DNA from: an uncultured Coprobacillus sp.
GTDB lineage: Bacteria; Bacillota_I; Bacilli_A; Erysipelotrichales; Coprobacillaceae
Assembly: GCA_964434915.1 (NCBI GenBank)
Contig: CAYSWW010000001.1
Location: 1 to 63,306 of the forward strand
Length of the DNA: 63,306 bases
Direction of reading: 5' to 3'
A program made the translations under genes and the position numbers. The notes under the pieces were generated by a model that saw nothing but the letters and a program-made list of their open reading frames with translations, ran no database searches and had not been told where the DNA came from. Positions 1 through 12,377 of this stretch are shown piece after piece (position 1 is the first letter of the stretch; the number at the start of each line of letters is the position of its first letter).

Positions 1-24
1 ATCAAAGATGATTAATCACCCAGT

Positions 25-52
25 GGACAAAATTTATTTTGTCCCTTTTTTA
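25..52 (+). terminator. Rho-independent terminator of an upstream plus-strand gene
   Basis: Stem GGACAAAAT/ATTTTGTCC followed by CTTTTTTATT. Confidence 0.6.
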
Positions 53-124
53 TTCTAAATTTCTAGAATTTCCGTTGTCAAAAAGAGATGTATTGTGTAT
101 AATATACAAGAAAGTGAGGCAATT

Positions 125-649
125 ATGAAAAAAGAATTTATCGTCAAAGCAAATTTCACGGTAGGCCTATTTTTGTTTGTTTATTTTTTATATACTGCAT
201 TTTTGTTTTTTGCTAAAGTTTGGCAAAGTTTTTTCCCAGTTCTTATTGCGGGTATTATTTTCTATATTTATTTTTTAGGTTTTAGACCATATCGATATAT
301 TGTCGATCGAAAAACGATTTATATCAAGTATAGACTTTGGAAAACAAAAGAGATAGATTTAATGCAATGTGAAACAATTTGTGATCCTGTTGAAAGATTT
401 ACTGAATTTGTAAGACGTGCTCACGCAATTGAGATTTATACAATGAATAGAAAACGTCATTGTTTCTTTCCGAAGGATCGTGTTGGTTTTGTTGAAGCTG
501 TTGTAAGAGGAAATAAAAGAATTCATTGTACTGTACAAGATTATACAGATGTGCATAGACAACTGGCTAGACAACAAAGAAAAGAACAAAGAAGAGCAGA
601 AAAAAGGGCCGCAAGAGAAAAACGAAGCAAACAGGAAGAAAAAAATTAA
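125..649 (+). CDS. Small membrane protein with bacterial PH-like domain and basic Lys/Arg/Glu-rich tail
   Basis: ORF 95..649. ATG at 125 follows a GTGAGG RBS. Two N-terminal hydrophobic helices, then RPYRYIVDRKTIYIKY...AIEIYT. Product is family resemblance only. Confidence 0.5.
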   Translation: MKKEFIVKANFTVGLFLFVYFLYTAFLFFAKVWQSFFPVLIAGIIFYIYFLGFRPYRYIVDRKTIYIKYRLWKTKEIDLMQCETICDPVERFTEFVRRAHAIEIYTMNRKRHCFFPKDRVGFVEAVVRGNKRIHCTVQDYTDVHRQLARQQRKEQRRAEKRAAREKRSKQEEKN

Positions 650-790
650 TTTTATGATAATGAAGGTATCGCTTATTTTGGTGCCTTTTTTATTTTTGGC
701 ATATTTTAATGAATGTAACATAGTTTATAAGGTGAGAGGAAGTTGCTTTGATAAATATATTTTAATATGATAAAAAAAAGTTATTTTATA

Positions 791-819
791 TTGACATGAA
801 TCATATTACAATATATAAT
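791..819 (+). promoter_or_regulatory. Sigma-A type promoter for the glutamine synthetase gene
   Basis: TTGACA (791-796), 17-nt spacer, TATAAT (814-819), about 80 nt upstream of ATG 900. Confidence 0.65.
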
Positions 820-899
820 AGCTTCATGAACACGAATCGATTTATGTGGACAAGCATGATATAAATTGATAAAATGTGTGAATAAGGGGGAAGTATTTA

Positions 900-2978
900 A
901 TGGAAATGAAAAAATTACTAGAAAATTATGGTTGTTTGACATTTAGTGATGATGTGATGAAGGAACGAATTCCTAAATCAACATATAGAGCTTTTCATGA
1001 TGCTTTGGATAAAGGGGAACCTTTAGCAAAAGAAACAGCTACTGTTATTGCCAATGCAATGAAAATTTGGGCAGTTGAAAATGGGGCAACACATTTTACT
1101 CATTGGTTTATGCCGATGACTGGTTTAACAGCTGAAAAACATGATGCTTTTTTGGAACCTGATGGAAGTAAAGCCGTTTTAGAGTTCAGTGGCAAGACTT
1201 TAAGAAAAGGGGAGCCTGATGCTTCATCTTTTCCTTCTGGAGGATTGCGTGCAACTTTTGAGGCAAGAGGATATACTGCTTGGGATTGTACATCTCCAGC
1301 GTTTGTAAAGGATGAAACATTATATATTCCAACATTGTTCTGTTCTTATACAGGAGAAGCATTAGACAAAAAGACACCTTTATTGAAATCAGTAGATGCA
1401 TTATCAAAAGCATCTTCTCGTTTATTACCTTTATTAGGGTTAGAAGGTGTTACAAATGTTTCTGCATCTGTAGGTAGTGAGCAAGAGTATTTCTTAGTTG
1501 CTGATGAGTTTTATCAAAAGCGTATGGATTTAAAATTAACTGGTCGAACTTTATATGGTGCAATGGCTCCAAAAGGTCAAGAATTGGAGGATCATTATTT
1601 TGGAAGCATTAAACGTAAAGTTGCGGCATTTATGAAAGATTTAGATAAAGAGTTATGGAAATATGGTATTCCTTCTAAAACAAAACACAATGAAGTTGCT
1701 CCTGCACAACATGAAGTTGCTTGTGTTTATCGTAAAGTAAATATTACTAGTGATAACAATCATTTGTTAATGTTATTAATGCAAGATATTGCTAAGAAAC
1801 ATGGATTAAGATGTTTATTACATGAAAAACCATTTGAAGGAGTAAATGGTTCTGGTAAACATAATAACTGGTCAATTATTACAAATACAGGAATTAATTT
1901 GTTTGATCCTGGAAAGAATCCAGTTGATAATTTACCATTTTTAGCTACTTTTGCTTGTACAGTAAAGGCAGTGGATGAATATGCTGATTTATTACGTATG
2001 TCTATTGCATCTGCTGGAAATGATCATAGATTAGGTGCTAATGAAGCTCCACCTGCTATTATTTCTATGTTTATTGGGGAAGAATTAGAAAAAATCGTTG
2101 AAGCAATTGTTGATGGTAAAGAATTAGTTGATATCGATACTGGACGTTTTAATACTGGTGTTTCTGTTGTGCCTGATTTTTCTAAAGATAATACTGATCG
2201 TAATAGAACTTCTCCATTTGCCTTTACAGGTAATAAATTTGAATTTAGAGCTGTTGGTTCTTCACAATCAGTGGCTGGACCAAATACTATTTTGAATGCT
2301 ATTTTAGCAGCTGAAATGATAGAAATGGCAGATGAAATTGAAAGTGGAAAGACACCTATTGAAGTCATTAAATCATTCTTATCTGAACATAGACGTATCA
2401 TTTTTAATGGAGACGGTTATTCAGCTGAATGGGAAGAAGAAGCGAAAAAACGTGGTTTAGCAAACAATAAAAATACTGTTGATGCTATGAAATGTTTAAA
2501 AGATGAAAAGAATATTGAAATGTTAGATTGTTTAGGTGTTTATTCTCGTGTAGAATTAGCTTCAAGATATGAAATTTTATTAGATAATTATAATAAAACA
2601 ATTCAAGTAGAAGCGTTAACTGCAGCAAAAATGGCAAGAAACGAAATTTATCCTGCTGCTATTCGTTATTTAAAGGATTTAACAAAAACAGCGTTAGAAG
2701 TTAAAGAATCTGGAGTTGATAATGCATTCTTGGTTGAGGATGTAGAAACATTATCTGGATTATTATCAGAAATGAAAGTGCATATGGATGATTTGGATGC
2801 CAAAATTACAAAAGCACAAGCTTGTGATGGTGATGTTATGGATCAAGCTATATTATGGAGAGACGAAGTGTTTGCTGCTATGAATGTTTTACGTGAAGTT
2901 GCGGATACAATTGAAACTAAAGTTGATGCGAAATATTGGCCAATGCCAACATATGTAGATTTGTTATTTGGAATTTAA
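900..2978 (+). CDS. Glutamine synthetase, type III (about 690 aa)
   Basis: 692-aa ORF with AAGGGGGA RBS. GS motifs KHNEVAPAQHE and NGSGKHNNWS. Length and N-terminal region are typical of GSIII rather than GSI. Confidence 0.9.
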   Translation: MEMKKLLENYGCLTFSDDVMKERIPKSTYRAFHDALDKGEPLAKETATVIANAMKIWAVENGATHFTHWFMPMTGLTAEKHDAFLEPDGSKAVLEFSGKTLRKGEPDASSFPSGGLRATFEARGYTAWDCTSPAFVKDETLYIPTLFCSYTGEALDKKTPLLKSVDALSKASSRLLPLLGLEGVTNVSASVGSEQEYFLVADEFYQKRMDLKLTGRTLYGAMAPKGQELEDHYFGSIKRKVAAFMKDLDKELWKYGIPSKTKHNEVAPAQHEVACVYRKVNITSDNNHLLMLLMQDIAKKHGLRCLLHEKPFEGVNGSGKHNNWSIITNTGINLFDPGKNPVDNLPFLATFACTVKAVDEYADLLRMSIASAGNDHRLGANEAPPAIISMFIGEELEKIVEAIVDGKELVDIDTGRFNTGVSVVPDFSKDNTDRNRTSPFAFTGNKFEFRAVGSSQSVAGPNTILNAILAAEMIEMADEIESGKTPIEVIKSFLSEHRRIIFNGDGYSAEWEEEAKKRGLANNKNTVDAMKCLKDEKNIEMLDCLGVYSRVELASRYEILLDNYNKTIQVEALTAAKMARNEIYPAAIRYLKDLTKTALEVKESGVDNAFLVEDVETLSGLLSEMKVHMDDLDAKITKAQACDGDVMDQAILWRDEVFAAMNVLREVADTIETKVDAKYWPMPTYVDLLFGI

Positions 2979-3012
2979 GGAAAGAAGTCTGAACTTCTTT
3001 CCTATTTTTTTT
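2979..3012 (+). terminator. Rho-independent terminator
   Basis: GGAAAGAAGT-ctga-ACTTCTTTCC followed by a T run. Confidence 0.85.
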
Positions 3013-3052
3013 GCTTATGTTATAATAAGGATTAGGTAGAGGAGTGGTAGTC

Positions 3053-3514
3053 ATGAAGTTGAAACTATATAATCCTAACGATTTGGAAACAATCATGGAG
3101 CTTTTTTATAAGAGTGTACATGAAGTGTGTGTGAATGAATACACTTTAGAACAATTAGATGCTTGGGCACCTAAGGAACCAGATGCTTTAAGATGGCGAA
3201 ATTCATTGAATAAAAATCATACTATAACGGCCGTTATTGATGGGAAGATTGTTGGATTTGGTGATGTTGGTGAAACAGGTTATTTAGATCGTTTATATGT
3301 TGATAAAGCATATTTACATCAAGGTGTTGCATCAATGATTTTAAATAATTTAGAGAAATATGCTAGAGCAAAAGGAATAAAATTTATGCATACTGCATCA
3401 TTAATTACTGCAAAACCTTTTTTTGAAGCAAAAGGATATCAGATTTTACAAGAACAAATTGTTGAACGCAGAGGTGTGAGAATAAAACTTTTTTTAATGG
3501 AAAAGAACCTTTAA
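3053..3514 (+). CDS. GNAT family N-acetyltransferase
   Basis: ORF 3044..3514; ATG 3053 follows GAGGAG. Motif LYVDKAYLHQGVASMILNNLEKYA matches the acetyl-CoA binding Q/RxxGxG/A region. Confidence 0.8.
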   Translation: MKLKLYNPNDLETIMELFYKSVHEVCVNEYTLEQLDAWAPKEPDALRWRNSLNKNHTITAVIDGKIVGFGDVGETGYLDRLYVDKAYLHQGVASMILNNLEKYARAKGIKFMHTASLITAKPFFEAKGYQILQEQIVERRGVRIKLFLMEKNL

Positions 3515-3573
3515 TGTGTTTTGATTTAAATTGAACTTGTGAAAAATATTAATATGGGATAAGGAGAAATTTT

Positions 3574-4419
3574 ATGAGCAAAATTATATTTTTAGATGTT
3601 GATGGAACTTTGATTGATTATGATACAAAATTACCGGCATCAGCTGCAAAAGCTGTTGATCTTGCAAGAGCAAATGGTCACAAGGTTTATATTTGTACAG
3701 GCTGTTCAAAAGCGGAAATTGAACAAAGACATCTTTGTGATTTAGATGGAATGATTGGTGGTAATGGTGCTTATGTAGAAGATCATGGTGAAGTGATTAT
3801 GCATCAGGGATTAACGAGGGAAGAGGTTAAACATATTGTAGATTGGTGTAATCAGAGACATTTGGGCTTTTATTTAGAAGCTAATAGTGGTATGTATTGT
3901 AATGATTATATGTTAGAGCAAGGACCCGAAACGATGATTAAATATGCTCAAGGAAAAGGTGCTGATTTATCTAAGGCAACAGAAAGTGCAAATAGTTTCA
4001 TTAAAGGATTCATTCATTTGACGGGAGAAGAATTATATCGTGATGATGTAAATAAAATTAGTTTTATCCTAAGTGATTATCAGGATCATTTAGATTCAAA
4101 AGAAGAATTTCCAGAATTAGAGGCAAATACTTGGGGTGGTAAAGGAGAACTTGCTTTATTTGGCGATCTTGGACCTTCAGGTATTACTAAAAGACATGCT
4201 ATAGAAGTATTGTTAAAACATTTGGGAGCAGATGTTAAAGACACAATTTCTTTTGGTGATGCAAAAATCGATTTGTCTATGTTTGAATTATGTGCATATA
4301 ATGTAGCAATGGGAAATGGTGGCCCTGAAATAAAAGAGGCTGCTGATTATATTACAACTGATGTTAATGATGATGGTTTATATAATGCATTTAAATATTT
4401 GAAGCTTATTGACGATTAA
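3574..4419 (+). CDS. Cof-type HAD-IIB family phosphatase
   Basis: FLDVDGTL motif I, a cap domain, and GDAKIDLSMF...GNG motifs. Confidence 0.85.
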   Translation: MSKIIFLDVDGTLIDYDTKLPASAAKAVDLARANGHKVYICTGCSKAEIEQRHLCDLDGMIGGNGAYVEDHGEVIMHQGLTREEVKHIVDWCNQRHLGFYLEANSGMYCNDYMLEQGPETMIKYAQGKGADLSKATESANSFIKGFIHLTGEELYRDDVNKISFILSDYQDHLDSKEEFPELEANTWGGKGELALFGDLGPSGITKRHAIEVLLKHLGADVKDTISFGDAKIDLSMFELCAYNVAMGNGGPEIKEAADYITTDVNDDGLYNAFKYLKLIDD

Positions 4420-4470
4420 AAAGAGGTAATCTAAAATAACACGAGGTTGTGGCGCTTTGGATTATAAGAA

Positions 4471-4504
4471 ATGGTGAGAAGAATAGAGCCTTCTCACCAT
4501 TTTA
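4471..4504 (+). terminator. Rho-independent terminator
   Basis: ATGGTGAGAAG / CTTCTCACCAT stem, 8-nt loop, TTT tail. Confidence 0.7.
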
Positions 4505-4559
4505 TAACTGTATAGGAGTATCATGATTTGATGATGAGTCATCGTTTTTTCCATTAGTT

Positions 4560-5240
4560 TATCTAACTTCATATTGATTTCTTGAGTCAAATCATCCAGT
4601 TAACATATTGAGTTTGTACGGTATGTCTTCGAGCACTCGCTATCTGTTGACAATGCTTATATCTTGATTATCCACAATCAATGTATAAATCTTTCTTCTG
4701 GGTATCATTTTATAAAATAGTCCTTGTTTTTTCTTTCTATAGATTTTAGAATATATAAAGATATATTCTGATATTACTATTATAGAATTTCCAGTGAAAT
4801 TTATTCGTTTTGGGAAACCTTAAAATATATTCATAGATTATCACCAAAGCTCTTGATTTTCCGCCATATTTAGGGACTTAGAGCATTGGAATTATACGAT
4901 TCATTGACGACAACGGATTGAACTTTGATACGAGGGGAAGTTCTGATTATGCACAGATATGACATAGCACATCAGTATGTCAATTAGCACATGGTAGGGG
5001 TTATCGTTTTTTAGATAACAACACCATTCTAAAAAGATTAATAAAAAGGAGAAGCAAGTTGAGTTATCTATAGACCTTTCTTTGTGACATCAATAAGATA
5101 TGAGAGAAGTCGCGACAACAATTATTCATGATCCACGTAAACAGATAGTTAGAACTTATTTGAAGAACTATTAAACTTGGAGTAACAATCTTCGTATAAC
5201 AGAGTGGTTAACTGTCGATAAATCTCATATTTTGTGGCTT
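4560..5240 (+). mobile_element. Degraded IS3-family-like transposase remnant (multiple stops and frameshifts)
   Basis: No ORF of 60 aa or more. Shifted frames give fragments resembling the IS3/IS150 integrase core (RG.R.LDNN...LK; YNNLRI...L). Weak, by-eye only. Confidence 0.3.
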
Positions 5241-5330
5241 TTTTATGCTATTGATGATAAAATTAAATAATTCTTATTATTGAATGTGTAATTTATACTT
5301 GACAAAGGTCACTAAAGGAATAATTCTTGA

Positions 5331-5750
5331 TTATTCCTTTCTTTTTTGGCATTGTTTTATCAAAACAATAAAAACAACAGCAAGAATACCGCCACAAGTA
5401 TCAATCATAACATCTGTCAATTGCCCAGCACGTCCAGAAATAAATAATTGATGCAATTCATCAGTACAGGCATATAAAAAAGTAATAAAAATTGTAAAAA
5501 AGGAAACATGATATTGAGAATGTTGAATATGTGAAAAACCATAGTATAAACTCAACGCTAATAAAGCATATTCAGTCATATGAGCGACTTTTCTAATAAT
5601 AAATTCAGTTATTGGGATATGTAAATGGTTTTGAATCCAAATCATGATTTCTGTACTAAAATGAGATGATTCTGTTCCGGTTTGTTGCGAAAAAGAAAAT
5701 ATGAGTATCATTAAACAAATCGATGGAAGAAAATATTTTATTTTTTTCAT
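5331..5750 (-). CDS. VanZ family membrane protein
   Basis: 139 aa, four hydrophobic segments, KVAHMTEYALLA and DELHQLFISGR motifs typical of VanZ-like proteins. Confidence 0.75.
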   Translation of the reverse strand: MKKIKYFLPSICLMILIFSFSQQTGTESSHFSTEIMIWIQNHLHIPITEFIIRKVAHMTEYALLALSLYYGFSHIQHSQYHVSFFTIFITFLYACTDELHQLFISGRAGQLTDVMIDTCGGILAVVFIVLIKQCQKRKE

Positions 5751-5799
5751 ACTTTCACCTCGTCGACATTATAAAAGAACTTGTCTTAAATGACAAGTT

Positions 5800-7248
<1,449 letters not shown>

Positions 7249-7286
7249 TTATTATCTTTTATATCTTTTTTCCAAAAATTGAAAAA

Positions 7287-8102
7287 TTAAATTTGATTTT
7301 TGGTTAGGATCATTTCTGCTTTTTGATAGCAAGCATAATAAGGTTTTCCAGTGGAAAAGGCAGTTGCTTTTGTATCTTGAAATTCAACTTCATTTTGCAA
7401 GAGACGTTCACACAAAATTTTCATATCACATAATAATTGGAAGTCTAAACGGTTGTATGATGAAACGTGAGACTGATATTCTTGATGAGCATGACCACCA
7501 TAAAATGTCCATTGATGATCTATATGATACTCTTTTAATAACATTATTGTATGTTGCAATGAATTAAGATATTCTTGAATAGATAAAGCGCCATCAACCT
7601 GCATCCAAACACCACATCCTGATCCAATTGCATCACCTGTAAAAAGACAATGGGTGAGCATATCAGCAAATAAAAAACTTCCAGGCGTATGGCCATAGCA
7701 TGGAATAGCAATGATTTTTCTATCACCTAGTGAGAAAACTTGTTGTTGATGAATATCTTTTATATGATCAAAGCATTGAAAAGCTAAACCAATTATATGA
7801 AAATGATCATTTGGATTTGTCGAGAGATGAGTATGCTCTTGATATATCTTTTGATCATGATGAGACATATAGACTGATGGGAATTCCTGGCTACGACCTA
7901 TATGATCAATATGGCCATGTGTTAAAACAACTGCATATGGTGTTGAAATAAGATTATCGATAACTGGTTTTAATAGTTGACGTGACATACCGGTATCAAT
8001 GATAAGTCCTTGCTTTTCACCTTTAATAGCATAGATACAGCCATCATATTCATCTAAAATTTGATAGGTTGAAGAATTGATTTGATTGATTTGATAACCC
8101 AT
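7287..8102 (-). CDS. MBL-fold metallo-hydrolase
   Basis: THGHIDH (HxHxDH) motif with downstream His/Asp ligands. Confidence 0.8.
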   Translation of the reverse strand: MGYQINQINSSTYQILDEYDGCIYAIKGEKQGLIIDTGMSRQLLKPVIDNLISTPYAVVLTHGHIDHIGRSQEFPSVYMSHHDQKIYQEHTHLSTNPNDHFHIIGLAFQCFDHIKDIHQQQVFSLGDRKIIAIPCYGHTPGSFLFADMLTHCLFTGDAIGSGCGVWMQVDGALSIQEYLNSLQHTIMLLKEYHIDHQWTFYGGHAHQEYQSHVSSYNRLDFQLLCDMKILCERLLQNEVEFQDTKATAFSTGKPYYACYQKAEMILTKNQI

Positions 8103-8134
8103 AAGTGAATGAAAAGCTTGTCATATGACAAGCT

Positions 8135-9589
<1,455 letters not shown>

Positions 9590-9633
9590 TTATAGCATGG
9601 ATTTTATTGAACGGAGAGAAATTTTATTGATTT

Positions 9634-9665
9634 TACAAAAAAAGAGCTGAACTTTTTATTCAGCT
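9634..9665 (-). terminator. Terminator of the ABC-F gene
   Basis: AGCTGAA/TTCAGCT stem overlapping the stop codon, followed on the minus strand by a T run. Confidence 0.55.
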
Positions 9666-11535
9666 AGTTAATTTGGAGTTTTTCCCATTCATTCATAAGT
9701 TGTTCCAATTCAAGATTGGCTTGATCCATTTGTTTAATCATTTCATTATATTTTTGATAATCATTGAGAACATTTTCATCTTGAATCATTTCATTATATT
9801 GATTAATTTGATTTTCTAATTCTGATATTTGTTTTTCAATCTTTTTTATTTGATTTTTTTGTTTACGTAATTCGGATTGTGATTTTTTCTTTTCTAGATA
9901 AGCAGTATTATTTTCTTTTTCCACTTTAGGTTCAGTTTTATAGCTCAAAAAATTTGTATAATTTCCAGTATATGTATTGGCTTGATAAGGTGTCATTTCC
10001 ACAATTTTTGTAGCTAACTTATTGATAAAATAACGATCATGACTAATAAAGAGAATTGTACCTTGAAAAGCTAACAAAGCATCTTCTAAGACTTCTTTTG
10101 ACTCAATATCCAAATGATTTGTTGGTTCATCAAGGACCAAGAAATTACATTGCGATAGAAGTAATTTCATCAAAACAACACGACCTCTTTCACCACCAGA
10201 TAAAACATCAATAGGTTTAAAAACATCATCACCTTTAAACTGGAAAGAAGCACAAACATTTCTAATTTGAGTATTATTCATTTGTGGATAAGCATCACTG
10301 ATTTCTTGGAAAATTGTTTTATGAAATGATAAAGAAGTATGTTCCTGGTCATAATATCCAATCATAACTTTACTACCTAACTTGATTTTTCCATCTATTG
10401 GTTTTAAGTCACCAAGTAAAATATGAAAAAGTGTTGTCTTACCGATACCATTAGGGCCTATTAAAGCGACCCTTTCTTGTTTTTTTACTTCAAAATTAAT
10501 ATGATCAAACAATGGTTTATCAAATGCCATAGCAAGATCTTTTATTTTTAAGACATCATATCCAGATTCAACAAGAGGATTAAATTGTATCTTCATAGCT
10601 TCTGGTAAAGCATCAGGTTTTTCTACTTTCTCCATTTTTTCTAATGCTTTTTCTTTGCTTTCAGCTCTTTTGACTTGTTTTTCTCTGCCGAAAGATTTTA
10701 AAAGATCGATACTTTCTTGCATACGTTTTATCTCTTTTTGATTATTGATATAATGTTTTAATTCAACATCTCGGTTATGTTTTTTGATTGTAGCATACTC
10801 TTGATAAGAACATTTATAAAGAGTGGATTTTCCATTTTCTATTTCAATGATCTGATTAGTCACTTGATCGATAAAATATCTATCATGTGAGACCATAATA
10901 ATGGCATTTGAATAATTCTTTAAATAGCTTTCTAACCATTCTATTGATTCTACATCCAAATGGTTAGTTGGTTCATCCAATAATAAAAGAGATGGTTTTC
11001 GTAATAACAATCTTCCTAAAGCAATTCTTGTTTTCTGTCCACCTGATAATATCCCCACTGTCATATGCCACATTTCTTCAGAAAAACCAAGTCCCTTTAA
11101 AACACCTTTTATTTGGCTTTGATAAGTATATCCATTATCTCTTTCAAATTCATAAGTTAATTGATCATATTCTTTCATAATAGATTCTAACTCTTGAGTA
11201 GAAGACATCAGTTGTTCTAATTCACGTAGACGTTCTTCTTTTTTGATTAAGGGTTGAAATACGTCTAATAAGGCATTATATAACGTCAATGAAGGATCGA
11301 TAGTATTATGTTGTGATAAATAACCAATAGTGACATCTTTAGGTTTAGAAATAACACCACTATCATAACTTTCTTCATTACATAGAATTTTTAATAACGT
11401 TGTTTTGCCTGCACCATTAACACCAATAATAGCTATTTTATCATGTTCTTCAATTTTGAATGTAATATCTTTAAGTAAATCCATTCCTTGAAAAGATTTT
11501 TTTAAAGATGAACAAGAGAGTATCATTTTCATCAC
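9664..11535 (-). CDS. ABC-F family ATPase (two ABC domains, no membrane domain, C-terminal coiled coil)
   Basis: Two Walker A sites (GVNGAGKTT, GPNGIGKTT), two LSGG signatures, two LLLDEPTNHLD/LVLDEPTNHLD Walker B sites, and a KQ/E-rich tail. Confidence 0.9.
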   Translation of the reverse strand: MMKMILSCSSLKKSFQGMDLLKDITFKIEEHDKIAIIGVNGAGKTTLLKILCNEESYDSGVISKPKDVTIGYLSQHNTIDPSLTLYNALLDVFQPLIKKEERLRELEQLMSSTQELESIMKEYDQLTYEFERDNGYTYQSQIKGVLKGLGFSEEMWHMTVGILSGGQKTRIALGRLLLRKPSLLLLDEPTNHLDVESIEWLESYLKNYSNAIIMVSHDRYFIDQVTNQIIEIENGKSTLYKCSYQEYATIKKHNRDVELKHYINNQKEIKRMQESIDLLKSFGREKQVKRAESKEKALEKMEKVEKPDALPEAMKIQFNPLVESGYDVLKIKDLAMAFDKPLFDHINFEVKKQERVALIGPNGIGKTTLFHILLGDLKPIDGKIKLGSKVMIGYYDQEHTSLSFHKTIFQEISDAYPQMNNTQIRNVCASFQFKGDDVFKPIDVLSGGERGRVVLMKLLLSQCNFLVLDEPTNHLDIESKEVLEDALLAFQGTILFISHDRYFINKLATKIVEMTPYQANTYTGNYTNFLSYKTEPKVEKENNTAYLEKKKSQSELRKQKNQIKKIEKQISELENQINQYNEMIQDENVLNDYQKYNEMIKQMDQANLELEQLMNEWEKLQIN

Positions 11536-11689
11536 CGCACATATTGTAACATATTTATAATGAAGATGAAAATAGAAAATAGGGATTATGAATTGAGTTG
11601 ATTATGAGAAGTATAGACAATATATGACTTTAATAAGTATTGCGAGGGTATGACTTGTAAAAAGGAATTAATTGCGATTATGTGATGAT

Positions 11690-12190
11690 TATTTCTGCTC
11701 GGTTGTCAGCAACAAAATACCGATATACAAGATTCGCAAGATGAAACGGGAGAAACACCAATACAAACGCAGATAGATTCAACATCTCAAACAAAATTGA
11801 CAATACCACTTCTTCTAATCAACAAACAACAAAAAAGAAGAAGTATCAATAACATCATATCTAGAAACAACTGGAAATAGCCAACTGGATCAGATTGGTG
11901 ATACGATTTGAGATTTTATTATTATTTCCTAAATGAATGAACACCAATATAGTGGTAGTGTTGAAATAAATGATTGGACTCAGGAAGCAATGAAAGCTTT
12001 TAATTCTCGCAAGAGAAATTGTATAGCATTTTGTTATACTTCTAAAGCGTTGTTAACATGTTTGGGTTTTGAAAATTTAGAAGTCCGTGGAAAAAATGAT
12101 AATCGTCGTTGGAACATGGTGAAAGTAAATGAAAATTGAGATTATTTTGATATGACTTATCTTGTTACTCTAGCTTAATGAGCATAGCAA
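11690..12190 (+). pseudogene. Degraded lipoprotein with transglutaminase-like domain
   Basis: Lipobox-like LLGCQQQ readable near 11700. ORF 11933..12139 holds the fragment NCIAFCYTSKALLTCLGFENLEVRG...WNMVKV. Several frame breaks. Confidence 0.5.
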
Positions 12191-12377
12191 AAACATGACA
12201 AGTGATTTTATATGATCATTTGCTTTAATTTTACAAAAATATCAAGTGTGATATAAAAAAAGTTATTGAAAATAAACGAGAAATAAAAGGGGAAATATTG
12301 CATTTTTATGTGAAAAATGTTGTCTTTTTTGAAACGAATTTTCTTAATATAATAAAGATAGGAGGGAGGTAACTAAA

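Noticed and set aside
359-721. Antisense or overlapping ORFs from the six-frame track inside well-supported genes, e.g. 359..721(-), 1186..1413(-), 2024..2401(-), 6211..6429(+), 14615..14908(-), 26941..27258(-), 61495..61899(-).
   Set aside because: Each lies wholly within, or opposite, a long ORF with strong family motifs. They have no RBS context and low-complexity Leu/Phe/Ile/Ser-rich translations typical of AT-rich antisense frames.
820-899. A glutamine riboswitch or T-box in the glutamine synthetase leader.
   Set aside because: The leader is only about 80 nt with no recognisable conserved core. The known glutamine riboswitch is associated with other phyla.
9664-11650. The ABC-F protein as an antibiotic-resistance (ARE) ribosomal protection factor.
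   Set aside because: The leader is very short (the -10-like TACAAT is about 20 nt from the start), with no leader peptide or attenuator as seen for regulated ARE genes. The long coiled-coil tail fits housekeeping ABC-F types. This cannot be decided from the sequence.
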